Assembly (NCBI GenBank): GCA_016840085.1
Contig: JAEOTA010000084.1
Location: 1-64,000 of the forward strand
Origin: Promethearchaeota archaeon
GTDB taxonomy: Archaea > Asgardarchaeota > Lokiarchaeia > Sigyniarchaeales > SOKP01
DNA length: 64,000 nt
Direction of reading: 5' to 3'
The notes below the pieces were generated by a model that was given only the letters and a program-made list of their open reading frames with translations, searched no databases and was not told the DNA's origin. The position numbers and the translations under genes were made by a program. This document shows, in pieces, positions 30,137 to 39,303 of this stretch. Numbering within the stretch: the stretch's first letter is position 1; each line of letters starts with the position of its first letter.

Positions 30137-30769
30137 CTATAACAAGAATGGAAGACATGTTGTAAAACCAAATAAAATACCACCCATAATACCTGAAATT
30201 AAAATACCTAATGCTTTACTTGGGTTATTTATCAAACGATTATTATTAATCAGATACCATAGACTCAACAGAATATCTAATACTGAAATCAAAGATCCTA
30301 TAGCAAAACAGTAATAAATTGTTTTTTCGTGAGGGAATTGAGATGCACTGATATCTTGTATTCTATTCATATAAAATGGATCAATCCCACTAAAGTCTAT
30401 AAAATTATATATTAATTTGTCCGGTAATGGGTCTAAAATCCAAATTAAAAAATATGTAATATAATTAAACAAAATCCCAAAAGCTAAAAAGATATATAGA
30501 ATACCTAATATTAATCTAGGCATTCTAAAAGAATCTTCTTCCTTTTTTACACCCATTAGCTTAGATTGGCGATAAACTCCTCTTAATCGTAATAAGGTGA
30601 GAATACCGATGAATAACATAATAAACACTATAAAAAATTTCAGATATTTACATAAAATTATAAAAAAATTATTAAATGCAATACACCAATTTTCTAATCC
30701 CTTTATTGCGTCTTTAAATACATCTTCTGCAGTTTTGGTATTTCCAGTACTTAGCAGAGAAAAAAACAT
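30137..30769 (-). CDS. membrane protein (about 4 TM)
   Basis: Four hydrophobic segments. Confidence 0.7.
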   Translation of the reverse strand: MFFSLLSTGNTKTAEDVFKDAIKGLENWCIAFNNFFIILCKYLKFFIVFIMLFIGILTLLRLRGVYRQSKLMGVKKEEDSFRMPRLILGILYIFLAFGILFNYITYFLIWILDPLPDKLIYNFIDFSGIDPFYMNRIQDISASQFPHEKTIYYCFAIGSLISVLDILLSLWYLINNNRLINNPSKALGILISGIMGGILFGFTTCLPFLL

Positions 30770-30857
30770 TACATAATATTGTGAAAAAAAGAATATTTAA
30801 ACTTACAAATAATTTGGATCTATTATAGATTAGATTATAAAAATATTTTTTTTACAA

Positions 30858-31298
30858 TTACAAGATTTTTTCACATTCAGTATTTATTACTTTCATAGTA
30901 GTATTGAAATCTTGCCACCAATCCTGACCTTGTTGAGTTACTAACATTGAATCTCGTTTCCGAGAATCAAGACATCTAATTTCTTCTTTATGAGCTTTAA
31001 TTTTTGCTTTCCAAATTTCAGAAAATATGTTTTGTAAATTAATTTTTACTTTTTTAATTAGTTCCTCATAGGAAACAGATACATCTTCTGTTTTTTGTAA
31101 TCTTTGCAGTTGTTCAAATTTCACTTTCTCTTTTGCACGATTTAAATCACTACAGCTTATTTTTATAGAAAAAGGATCATCTTTTCCCCATTTACAAAAT
31201 TTCTGAATTTCACATATTGAACAATAATTTTCAAAACTGATTGTATAGTCCTCAAGACCTACTATTGAAAAGTTTAAAATTTTGGGCATAGAATTCAC
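30858..31298 (-). CDS. hypothetical Cys-containing protein
   Basis: YCSICEIQKFC..C motif; otherwise helical. Confidence 0.7.
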   Translation of the reverse strand: MNSMPKILNFSIVGLEDYTISFENYCSICEIQKFCKWGKDDPFSIKISCSDLNRAKEKVKFEQLQRLQKTEDVSVSYEELIKKVKINLQNIFSEIWKAKIKAHKEEIRCLDSRKRDSMLVTQQGQDWWQDFNTTMKVINTECEKIL

Positions 31299-31461
31299 TT
31301 TATTTATATAATTAAAAATTTAACCTTTTTCCTATTTATTTTAGGTCAAAAAATTTTTTAGTAATTTATTATTTAAATTATTCGATCAATTCTTAATTTA
31401 ATAATTACTATATTAATTTTTAAACAAAAAGTACTTTAAGAACTATAACTAATCTCTAATT

Positions 31462-31578
31462 GGGAAAGTAGCTTGGGAGAGTGGACGCTTATGATCGAAG
31501 TATCTCTTCAGTGGCTTAGCCTGGTATAGCGCACGGCTGATAACCGTGAGGCCGGGGGTTCGAAGCCCCCCTTTCCCA
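31462..31578 (+). tRNA. tRNA-Ile(GAT) with intron near position 7/8 and a duplicated 5' end
   Basis: Anticodon arm CACGG-CTGATAA-CCGTG, T arm GGGGG-TTCGAAG-CCCCC, 3' strand CTTTCCC-A; two candidate 5' strands GGGAAAG (31462) and GGGAGAG (31475). Confidence 0.88.
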
Positions 31579-31653
31579 CTATTTTTAACATGAATTAATT
31601 TCAATAATGTTCATTCACTTTTTTAATTATCATTCTCTATTATAAATTTAGAA

Positions 31654-32247
31654 ATGAAAAATATAATAATCTCCGGAACACCTGGTTGTGGAAAAACATC
31701 AGTTACCAGAGAAATTTCAAATTTAGTGGAAGCTAAAATAATTTCTCTAAATGAATTAGCAATTTCAGAAAAATTTTCATTTGAATATGATGAAGAAAGA
31801 AAAACTTACATTGTGAATTTTAAAGTATTTCTGCCTTGTGTATTAAAAAAGATTAGGGCGATTGAGCAAAATAATCCACCATTTCTGATAATAGAAAGTC
31901 ATTTTTCTGATATCATTCCAGAAAATTTTATTGATTTTGCTTTTATTTTAAGATGTGATCCGGATGAATTATTTAAAAGATTAGAAAAAAAAAATTATAA
32001 TTCAAAAAAAATTCTTGAAAATATTCAAGCAGAAATTTTGGGTAATTGTATAAATTATTTTATTCAAAAACAAACAAAAATCCCTCTTTATGAAATTGAT
32101 ACTACAAATCTTAGTATTAAATCAGTAGCAAAAATTATTATAGATATTGCAGTTGAAAATCAAGAGGGAAACAATTATTATATAGGTAAAATCGATTGGC
32201 TAGAAAAATTATTTCAAGAAAACCGTTTAGAAGAGTTTTTTGATTGA
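31654..32247 (+). CDS. AK6/Fap7-type adenylate kinase/ATPase
   Basis: ISGTPGCGKT, IIESH, LRCDP..RL..KILENIQAEI. Confidence 0.92.
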   Translation: MKNIIISGTPGCGKTSVTREISNLVEAKIISLNELAISEKFSFEYDEERKTYIVNFKVFLPCVLKKIRAIEQNNPPFLIIESHFSDIIPENFIDFAFILRCDPDELFKRLEKKNYNSKKILENIQAEILGNCINYFIQKQTKIPLYEIDTTNLSIKSVAKIIIDIAVENQEGNNYYIGKIDWLEKLFQENRLEEFFD

Positions 32248-32265
32248 GAATCAAAATTAAACAAC

Positions 32266-33927
32266 GTGGAATATATGGAATGGGAGATATCTGATTTTGA
32301 CGCACTAGGAAGAATTGGAAAATTAACTATAAATAAAAAACAAATGAGTACTCCTAATTTATTTCCTGTAGTCCACCCTTATAAAAGTTTTATTTCCACT
32401 TCAGATTTAAAGAAGATAGGTGCTCAATGTGTTTTTACGAATGCTTATATTATCTATCAGAATGCTCAAATACGAGATGATATCTTGAGAAAAGGAATAC
32501 ATTCACATTTAAAATTTGGCGGAATAATCGCAACAGACAGCGGAGCTTTCCAAAAATATATGTACAATAAGAGAAATTTAGAAATTCAACCAAATGATAT
32601 AGAAAAGTTCCAAGAAGATATTGGTACTGATTTTGCCGTAATCTTAGATGAACCTGTGCAACCAGATGATGATTATGAAACAGCCAAGAAGAGAGTTGAT
32701 ATAACCATTGAAAGAGCTAAAGATAATATTAATCGAAGAATAAAAAATGATTGCTACTGGTTTGGACCTATTCATGGGGCTAGGTATGACGATCTACTAA
32801 GAACGAGTACACTTGAAATGAGTAAATTAAATTTTAGTGTTTATGCAATAGGAGGTTTAGTTAAATCTCTTTTAAATTATAGATTTGATTTGGTAATTAA
32901 AATTCTTCTGAATGTAAAAAAGGATATTGTACGCAATAAACCCATTCATATGTTTGGATTAGGATTACCACAATTCTTTTCATTAGCTATAGCATGTGGA
33001 TGCGATCTAATGGACTCAGCAGCATATATTCTATTTGCAAGGGAAAACAGGTATTTCACATTATCTACAGGAACAAGAAAATTAGAAGAATTAGAAGAAT
33101 TTCCATGTCACTGTCCTATATGCTGTGAATATAATCCTAAAGAAGTTTTAAATTTCGACGAAAAATTACGAACTGAATTAATAGCTAAACATAATTTATA
33201 TATTTCTTTTTCTGAATTAAGAACAATACGTCAAGCTATTAAAGAAGGTAATCTATGGGAACTTGTTGAACAACGGATTCGAAATCATCCTACTTTGGTT
33301 AAAGCTTCAAAGTTGATTAAATCATATTTACCTTTATTTGAAAGCCATGAGAAATTGTATAAAACGCATGGTAGGCTATATTCTTCCCCAGAAAGCATCG
33401 GAAGACCTCTGATTTATCGTTATGAATCAAAACTAAAGAATAATTATAGAGTTCCACAAGATGCAAAATATTTAATTATTTTACCTGAATTGGATGTAAA
33501 GGGGGATCAATCACCAAGTATTAAGAAATGGCTAGAGGAATTAGATACTAATTCAATAATTCCTAGAAAATTTCTTCATGTCGCATTTCTCTCTGATTTT
33601 TATGGAATTTTACCCTTAGAACTAAGTTCCTCTTTTCCTATGGGGCAATATGAATCAATAGATCTATTGACCAAAAATGATTTAATTTATCGGGATTTTA
33701 TACAAAAAACAGAATTTTTCTTTAATCTTTATGCACCTCATTATTCGAAAAGTGGAATATTAATACCTGATAAATTTATTAATCAATTTAATGAAATTAC
33801 AGAATTTAAAAAAAAAAATATTATAAATAACTTAACCAAAATGTTGAATTCTAAATTTAAATTAAACGTTGCTTCTTTCCCTAAAATAACACATCTTATA
33901 CAATACTTTAAGAGTGATGAAAAATAA
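32266..33927 (+). CDS. tgtA: archaeosine tRNA-guanine(15) transglycosylase
   Basis: GRIGKL, TPNLFPV, TDSGAFQ, HMFGLG, DLMDSAAY, CHCPIC, HNL; no C-terminal PUA domain evident. Confidence 0.95.
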   Translation: MEYMEWEISDFDALGRIGKLTINKKQMSTPNLFPVVHPYKSFISTSDLKKIGAQCVFTNAYIIYQNAQIRDDILRKGIHSHLKFGGIIATDSGAFQKYMYNKRNLEIQPNDIEKFQEDIGTDFAVILDEPVQPDDDYETAKKRVDITIERAKDNINRRIKNDCYWFGPIHGARYDDLLRTSTLEMSKLNFSVYAIGGLVKSLLNYRFDLVIKILLNVKKDIVRNKPIHMFGLGLPQFFSLAIACGCDLMDSAAYILFARENRYFTLSTGTRKLEELEEFPCHCPICCEYNPKEVLNFDEKLRTELIAKHNLYISFSELRTIRQAIKEGNLWELVEQRIRNHPTLVKASKLIKSYLPLFESHEKLYKTHGRLYSSPESIGRPLIYRYESKLKNNYRVPQDAKYLIILPELDVKGDQSPSIKKWLEELDTNSIIPRKFLHVAFLSDFYGILPLELSSSFPMGQYESIDLLTKNDLIYRDFIQKTEFFFNLYAPHYSKSGILIPDKFINQFNEITEFKKKNIINNLTKMLNSKFKLNVASFPKITHLIQYFKSDEK

Positions 33928-34361
33928 TTTTTCTAGATAAAATATACGCTTATGGCCATGAAAATATTAAAGGTACTCATAAAACAACGATAGAACTTAC
34001 AAAAGTTAAAAATTTAACAAAGAAAGGAAATTGCATTATAGGGATTAATTCTACAAAAGCTTGTTTTGATTTAAATTCCACTTTAAAAGAAAAAATAAAT
34101 AATGGAAAAAAAATTGAAATAACATTAAAAGTAGAAAATCTCCAAGATTCTTTCTATGGTTTTGGAAATAAAGAGTTAAGATTATTAGATAAAGAGGATG
34201 TGGTATTTCGTACAAGTAATTATATTTGTAACAGAACTGTGTTGGTTAATTGTACTAAATCATCAAATGAGATAAATCGTGAATTAATTGATAAATTAAA
34301 AATTCCAGGAAAAAGATTATCAATAATATTTGAAATAAATGAGTTAAATGGGAAATATTAA
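33924..34361 (+). CDS. DUF371 family protein (missed by ORF track; ATA start or 1-nt slip in A5 after ATG 33917)
   Basis: Open frame IIFLDKIYAYGHENIKGTHKTTIELTK..LTKKGNCIIGI..VFRTSNYICNRT..KSS, stop TAA at 34359-34361. Confidence 0.85.
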   Translation: MIFLDKIYAYGHENIKGTHKTTIELTKVKNLTKKGNCIIGINSTKACFDLNSTLKEKINNGKKIEITLKVENLQDSFYGFGNKELRLLDKEDVVFRTSNYICNRTVLVNCTKSSNEINRELIDKLKIPGKRLSIIFEINELNGKY

Positions 34362-35499
34362 CAAGGTAAAAATCACCTATCTGAAATTAAAAAAGAAAGA
34401 TGGACAAGATTTTATCAAATTTATAAAAAATAATCTCAATAGTAAACAAATAATTAACCAAAAATTCAAAATTTTACATGAAAAAGATTACATTTTATTT
34501 CCAATATTTGAAAATCAAGTTCTACTTGATAAAATAACTAAAATATTACGTAATCAAAACGATTTTGAAATTATTTCTAAAGAAGGAATAACCAATGTAA
34601 AGTATAAATATAAATCACTTGAGGAAGCATTAGAAGGTATAATTCCACATAAATATTCAGAATTAATTCCAAAATCATATGATATTATTGGAAATATCGC
34701 TGTAATTGAGTTTGATAAGTATAATCATATAAATGATAAAGAATTCAATGAATACAAGAAAAAGATTGCTAAAGCGATAATAGAAGTAAACAACAATATT
34801 AAAACTGTTTATGAAAAAAAAAGTCAAATTAAGGGAGAGTATCGCTTAAGAGCATTAGCTTTTTTATGTGGTGAAGATAAATCCGAAACAATATATAAGG
34901 AAAATGGTTGTGTTTTTAAGCTTGATATTAAAAAAACATACTTCTCTCCAAGATTAGTTTTCGAACGGCGAAGAATTACCTTAAGTAATATAGAAGAAAA
35001 CGAGGTAATAATTGATATGTTTGCGGGAGTTGGAACTTTTTCAATTCAAATTGCTAAAAATTATAATGTAAAAATTCATGCTTTTGATTTAAATCCTAAT
35101 GCTATTAAATTTCTTAAAAAAAACATTAAGATAAATAAATTAAAAGGAAGTATAACCCCTTATCAGATGGATATAAAACATGTTCTCAACCCATTGAACA
35201 AAGTAGGTACCTCGTTAAATCACAGGGCAGATAGAATAATTATGAATTTACCAGAGAAATCAATCGATTTCATTGATATTAGCTGCTATTTAATGAAAAA
35301 ATCAGGAGGTGTTTTACATTTCTATCAAATTTCTGACAAACCGAATCCGCTTGAAAATACAATTAAACATTTAGAGACTCATTTATCTAAATTCAATTGG
35401 ATTATTGATAAAATACTCAATTCTAAAATTGTTAAATCATATTCACCAACATCAGAATTAGTTGTTGTTGATTTGAAAATAAAAACTTTAGATTACTAA
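34348..35499 (+). CDS. trm5: tRNA (guanine37-N1) methyltransferase Trm5/Taw22 family
   Basis: SYDIIGNIA, GEYRLR, YFSPRL..ER, DMFAGVGTF, RIIMNLP. Confidence 0.93.
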   Translation: MGNINKVKITYLKLKKKDGQDFIKFIKNNLNSKQIINQKFKILHEKDYILFPIFENQVLLDKITKILRNQNDFEIISKEGITNVKYKYKSLEEALEGIIPHKYSELIPKSYDIIGNIAVIEFDKYNHINDKEFNEYKKKIAKAIIEVNNNIKTVYEKKSQIKGEYRLRALAFLCGEDKSETIYKENGCVFKLDIKKTYFSPRLVFERRRITLSNIEENEVIIDMFAGVGTFSIQIAKNYNVKIHAFDLNPNAIKFLKKNIKINKLKGSITPYQMDIKHVLNPLNKVGTSLNHRADRIIMNLPEKSIDFIDISCYLMKKSGGVLHFYQISDKPNPLENTIKHLETHLSKFNWIIDKILNSKIVKSYSPTSELVVVDLKIKTLDY

Positions 35500-35713
35500 A
35501 TTGAAGTTATGAAAAATTATTAGAAAATAATAAGGTAAAGTCATTTTTACCTTTGATAATTTTAAAATCCAAAATGTTAGAAAACGATTAATTATATCTT
35601 AATAATAGTTTTTAACATTCGAAATCATTATACTAATAAGAGAAAAATTTTAATTATTTGAGTCTTAATACAAATTAAGTTATTTATATTTTAAACTCAA
35701 TAAGCCAAATTGC

Positions 35714-35816
35714 GGACTCGTAGCCTAGCCTGGTGGTTTTTATAGTTATAAAGCTAGGTAAATAGGGCGTTGGACTTCTAATCCAAAAGTCGCAGGTTCG
35801 AATCCTGCCGGGTCCG
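35714..35816 (+). tRNA. tRNA-Arg(TCT) with 28-nt D-loop intron (35734-35761, position ~19/20)
   Basis: GGACTCG/CGGGTCC acceptor, TTGGA-CTTCTAA-TCCAA; full hBHBh' (CCTA/TAGG, GCCT/AGGT, bulges GGT and AAA). Confidence 0.95.
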
Positions 35817-35970
35817 CTTATTTTTAGTTTAAGTAGTAAAAATTACGGGTGAATTTATCCAGAAATTCTGAATTAATTAATAAATCGTTAATATAATTAA
35901 TTTATTAAATCAGATCTCTTAGTTATATTTATTCTATTATCCTAAATATAAACATGAGTGTCTAAGATTA

Positions 35971-36717
35971 ATGTTAAATAAAGAAGACTTTTATCATCAA
36001 AATTTTTATCATCAACACATTCGATATTCTTTTAGTTGGAATTATAAACACCATATGAATAAAATCTCTATTCTTAATCCCCGTTTGTTCGAATTTATAA
36101 AACTTGAAACATATTTTGAAAGAATTTTAAGTGAAAAGCATGCTAAACGTATGAATAGTATATTCAATTCAAAAATTTTCCCTAGAGTTTCACGTTTTAA
36201 AATTTCTGGACTCAAAAGTGCTTTTATCAAAAGTTTCAGCAAAAAACTTGTTCAAACTTCAAAAGTTAAAAAACTTGACTCAAATTCAAAACTTCCCAAA
36301 TATGCCCAAACCGTTTATAATAATTTTTTTAAAGAAAATATTAATAAAATCCCAAGACACGATCCTATTTTAAAATATATTTTAATTAATGATAAAGATT
36401 CAATTGCGAAAGAAGTGCCAATTTGGAAAAAAATGAATGATATATATCTTACAGGACATATTGATTTGATCCAAATTGAAAATAATGTGGTTAAAGTTAT
36501 TGATTATAAACCAGAAGGTAATTTTTTACTTTCCTTACCTCAAGTTGCTATGTACGGACTTCTGATTAAATCTAATTTAAAAATTAAAAATCTTAGATGC
36601 ATATCATTTAATAAAAATGAAGCGTGGGAGTATGATCCGAATATTTTAAAGTTAGACATTAGAGAATATTTAATTTCTCACGGTATTCATGAAAGACCAT
36701 GGGAAGTTTTTTTCTAA
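35971..36717 (+). CDS. PD-(D/E)XK nuclease family protein
   Basis: KEVPIW, LTGHIDL, VIDYKP, QVAMYG (RecB/Cas4-like motifs, no Fe-S cysteine set). Confidence 0.85.
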   Translation: MLNKEDFYHQNFYHQHIRYSFSWNYKHHMNKISILNPRLFEFIKLETYFERILSEKHAKRMNSIFNSKIFPRVSRFKISGLKSAFIKSFSKKLVQTSKVKKLDSNSKLPKYAQTVYNNFFKENINKIPRHDPILKYILINDKDSIAKEVPIWKKMNDIYLTGHIDLIQIENNVVKVIDYKPEGNFLLSLPQVAMYGLLIKSNLKIKNLRCISFNKNEAWEYDPNILKLDIREYLISHGIHERPWEVFF

Positions 36718-36729
36718 GAGCACTCGATT

Positions 36730-37005
36730 TTAGCTCTTATTAATTATTTGTTTAGATGATTCTTTTTCTTCTGGTTGTTTTAGATATCCTTTAAATAGAA
36801 AATAACATACTAATAAAGAAACAACCTCAATTATAATACTAGCAAAAATTATAACCGTCCCATTATACCCTAAATACCTTAAAGATAAAGCAGATCCTAA
36901 CCCAGAAGATGCTAAAATGAAAATAAAAAACCCTTTTACAATTTCCATGAAAGACTCTTTTAAGTACCCGAGTTCTTTTTTAATCCATGATATTAATGAA
37001 GTCAT
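36730..37005 (-). CDS. small 2-TM membrane protein
   Basis: Two hydrophobic helices. Confidence 0.65.
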   Translation of the reverse strand: MTSLISWIKKELGYLKESFMEIVKGFFIFILASSGLGSALSLRYLGYNGTVIIFASIIIEVVSLLVCYFLFKGYLKQPEEKESSKQIINKS

Positions 37006-37113
37006 AAAGGGTTTTTCCTGCTATCTAATTAATTTTTAATTAAATTAAATAATAACTCCTTTAATATCTTTCTTATTTAATAATAAATTATAATAAAAAA
37101 AATAACTCTACTT

Positions 37114-39303
37114 TTACCTATTTTTGAACTTAGAATATAACGCTTTATCTAATAACCGACCAATCATTTGGGCAATTTGACTTGCAATCTCATATCTTTC
37201 ACCATCTAAGAGCGTTCCTTTTTCTTCTAAGTTTTTAATTCTTTTAGCTAAAATTTTTTCACTAATTTCATCTATTATATTTTTAATTTTTACAAAATCA
37301 GGTAAATTGATATCTGGATTAAAAGTTTTGATCTTTTCAACCGCAAAATTAAAATATTGAGAAATCAAATCAAAAGGATCTCCCTTTAATTCACTATGGA
37401 GTTTAATATTTTCAGTAGCTGCTTTTGTATCTTTCTCTTGCCAGTATAATTGATTGGGATTGATACCTGGACTGTTAATCCTCATAAGTGAACTTGTAAT
37501 TCTACGTTCAATCCAATTTAAGGTGCTTAGTTGTTGTTCTTCACGAAACTTTTTGGCTTTCTTTTCTTTTTCTTTTTCCTTAGCTTCAATTATTTTTTCT
37601 ACTTCAATTTTACGTGATTCCTCAAAATTCTCAAGTCTCTGAATTATATCATATCCAATACAATAAGAAATAGGAGAGATCAAATCTGATTTAAGTTTCA
37701 AAGGTGCAATATCCTTATAAATAAGACTATTTTTATCTTTTAATTCTTGAATTCCATCTTTTAAAGAAATGTTCATTAAACGCCCTAAAATAAATCCATT
37801 AACTAGAAAGGGTTGATTACTTGCATTAAATATAATTATTAATTCTTCTTGTCTATTTAATATACGCTCAATTATTAATTCTTCTAATTTAATTTTCACC
37901 CATTCTTCTGAATCAGTCGTCTCAAATATTTTTTTCAATGCTAATAGAAATAATGATTTATCATTAGAAACTTTAAAATATGATTCAATTATTCTACTCA
38001 ATTGTCGTAATATCTTTGACATTATATAAAAAAAGATATCCTTAGTAATCTCGTTGATAATATCATCAAATTCTAGAAGAAATAAAATATGTGAATAATT
38101 CTTCAATTTTAATTCATATATAAAAACTCTATCAATAACAGACTTTTTTCTAACATCATTTAGAGATACAATGTCCCGTTTTTTTATGTTATATCTAATC
38201 ATATTTCGCTTTACTTGCTCCGTCAAATCTTCATCAATATTAAGCAAGTATAAAATATTATAAACACCATATTTATTTAACATATAAATAATATCATCAA
38301 AATTACTTTCATTTAAACATTCCAAAAAATAAATAAAATCATTTGGATGTTCTTTTAGTTTTTTAATTAATTCTATTTTTAAAAAATCAAGAATTTTCTT
38401 TTCAAATTCTTCATAATTAATTTTTTCTTTCAGGGCATCTTCTATCCTTTTAAATAATTTTTTTTTCAAATGATTCGCGACTATAAAGGCATTCAGCCCT
38501 GGAATAGAAATCGGAAATCGATTCAAATTAAAATCTAGAACCTTCTTTTTAATCATTCTTACAGGCATTGCCTCGACTTGTAACTCCTTATAAGATTTAA
38601 ATTCGAAATCTACGCGAATTTTCTTAATCAATTTGGCTAATGTAGCTAATTCTATAAATTTATCTTCTTTTTCTTCGAATTCTAATTTTTTTTCTAACTC
38701 TATCGAAACATCTTTAAGCGCTGAACTTTCTTCTAAAATTTCTTTTTTAATTTCATTTGTAAATCCAATTAAATCGCCTATTAAATCGTAGAAAAAAAAT
38801 GGAGGATAATTTAATATGATTTCCTGCAATTCTTGTTCAATTTGTACTTCTATGTCTTTAAGAAGTTGCTCTTTATGAGAGTTTTGACCCTCTCTCCGTC
38901 TTACTTCAATTAAAAAAGAAAGAAAATTAATTTCTAAGTCAATTATCTTATTAAGAAGGTTTATTTCTAAGGAGAATGAGTTTTTTAATAAATTGTTTAC
39001 TTCTTCCATGATTATATCCTTTTCTGTTAATTCCAATTTTTTTGTAAATTCAAAAGTAAATTTATCTCCTTCTATGATATCTTGAACTCTAATCCCTAAA
39101 CTATGATATATATGAATTGTTGCTGTTGCTATTAACAAATCCTTAAATGTCGTATCATGACGAATTAATTCAAAAATTTTTGTTTTGTCAGCGTCTCTTT
39201 TGAAATGAGATATTATTAAATCAACTGTTTGAAAAAATCTATAAGTACTTTCTACTGCTGTTGTCTTTCTTTTTATGCCACTTATCATAATTATTTCATC
39301 CAT
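37114..39303 (-). CDS. large helical / coiled-coil hypothetical protein
   Basis: 729 aa, Glu/Lys/Leu-rich, charged coiled coil near the C-terminus; overlaps the upstream gene end. Confidence 0.8.
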   Translation of the reverse strand: MDEIIMISGIKRKTTAVESTYRFFQTVDLIISHFKRDADKTKIFELIRHDTTFKDLLIATATIHIYHSLGIRVQDIIEGDKFTFEFTKKLELTEKDIIMEEVNNLLKNSFSLEINLLNKIIDLEINFLSFLIEVRRREGQNSHKEQLLKDIEVQIEQELQEIILNYPPFFFYDLIGDLIGFTNEIKKEILEESSALKDVSIELEKKLEFEEKEDKFIELATLAKLIKKIRVDFEFKSYKELQVEAMPVRMIKKKVLDFNLNRFPISIPGLNAFIVANHLKKKLFKRIEDALKEKINYEEFEKKILDFLKIELIKKLKEHPNDFIYFLECLNESNFDDIIYMLNKYGVYNILYLLNIDEDLTEQVKRNMIRYNIKKRDIVSLNDVRKKSVIDRVFIYELKLKNYSHILFLLEFDDIINEITKDIFFYIMSKILRQLSRIIESYFKVSNDKSLFLLALKKIFETTDSEEWVKIKLEELIIERILNRQEELIIIFNASNQPFLVNGFILGRLMNISLKDGIQELKDKNSLIYKDIAPLKLKSDLISPISYCIGYDIIQRLENFEESRKIEVEKIIEAKEKEKEKKAKKFREEQQLSTLNWIERRITSSLMRINSPGINPNQLYWQEKDTKAATENIKLHSELKGDPFDLISQYFNFAVEKIKTFNPDINLPDFVKIKNIIDEISEKILAKRIKNLEEKGTLLDGERYEIASQIAQMIGRLLDKALYSKFKNR

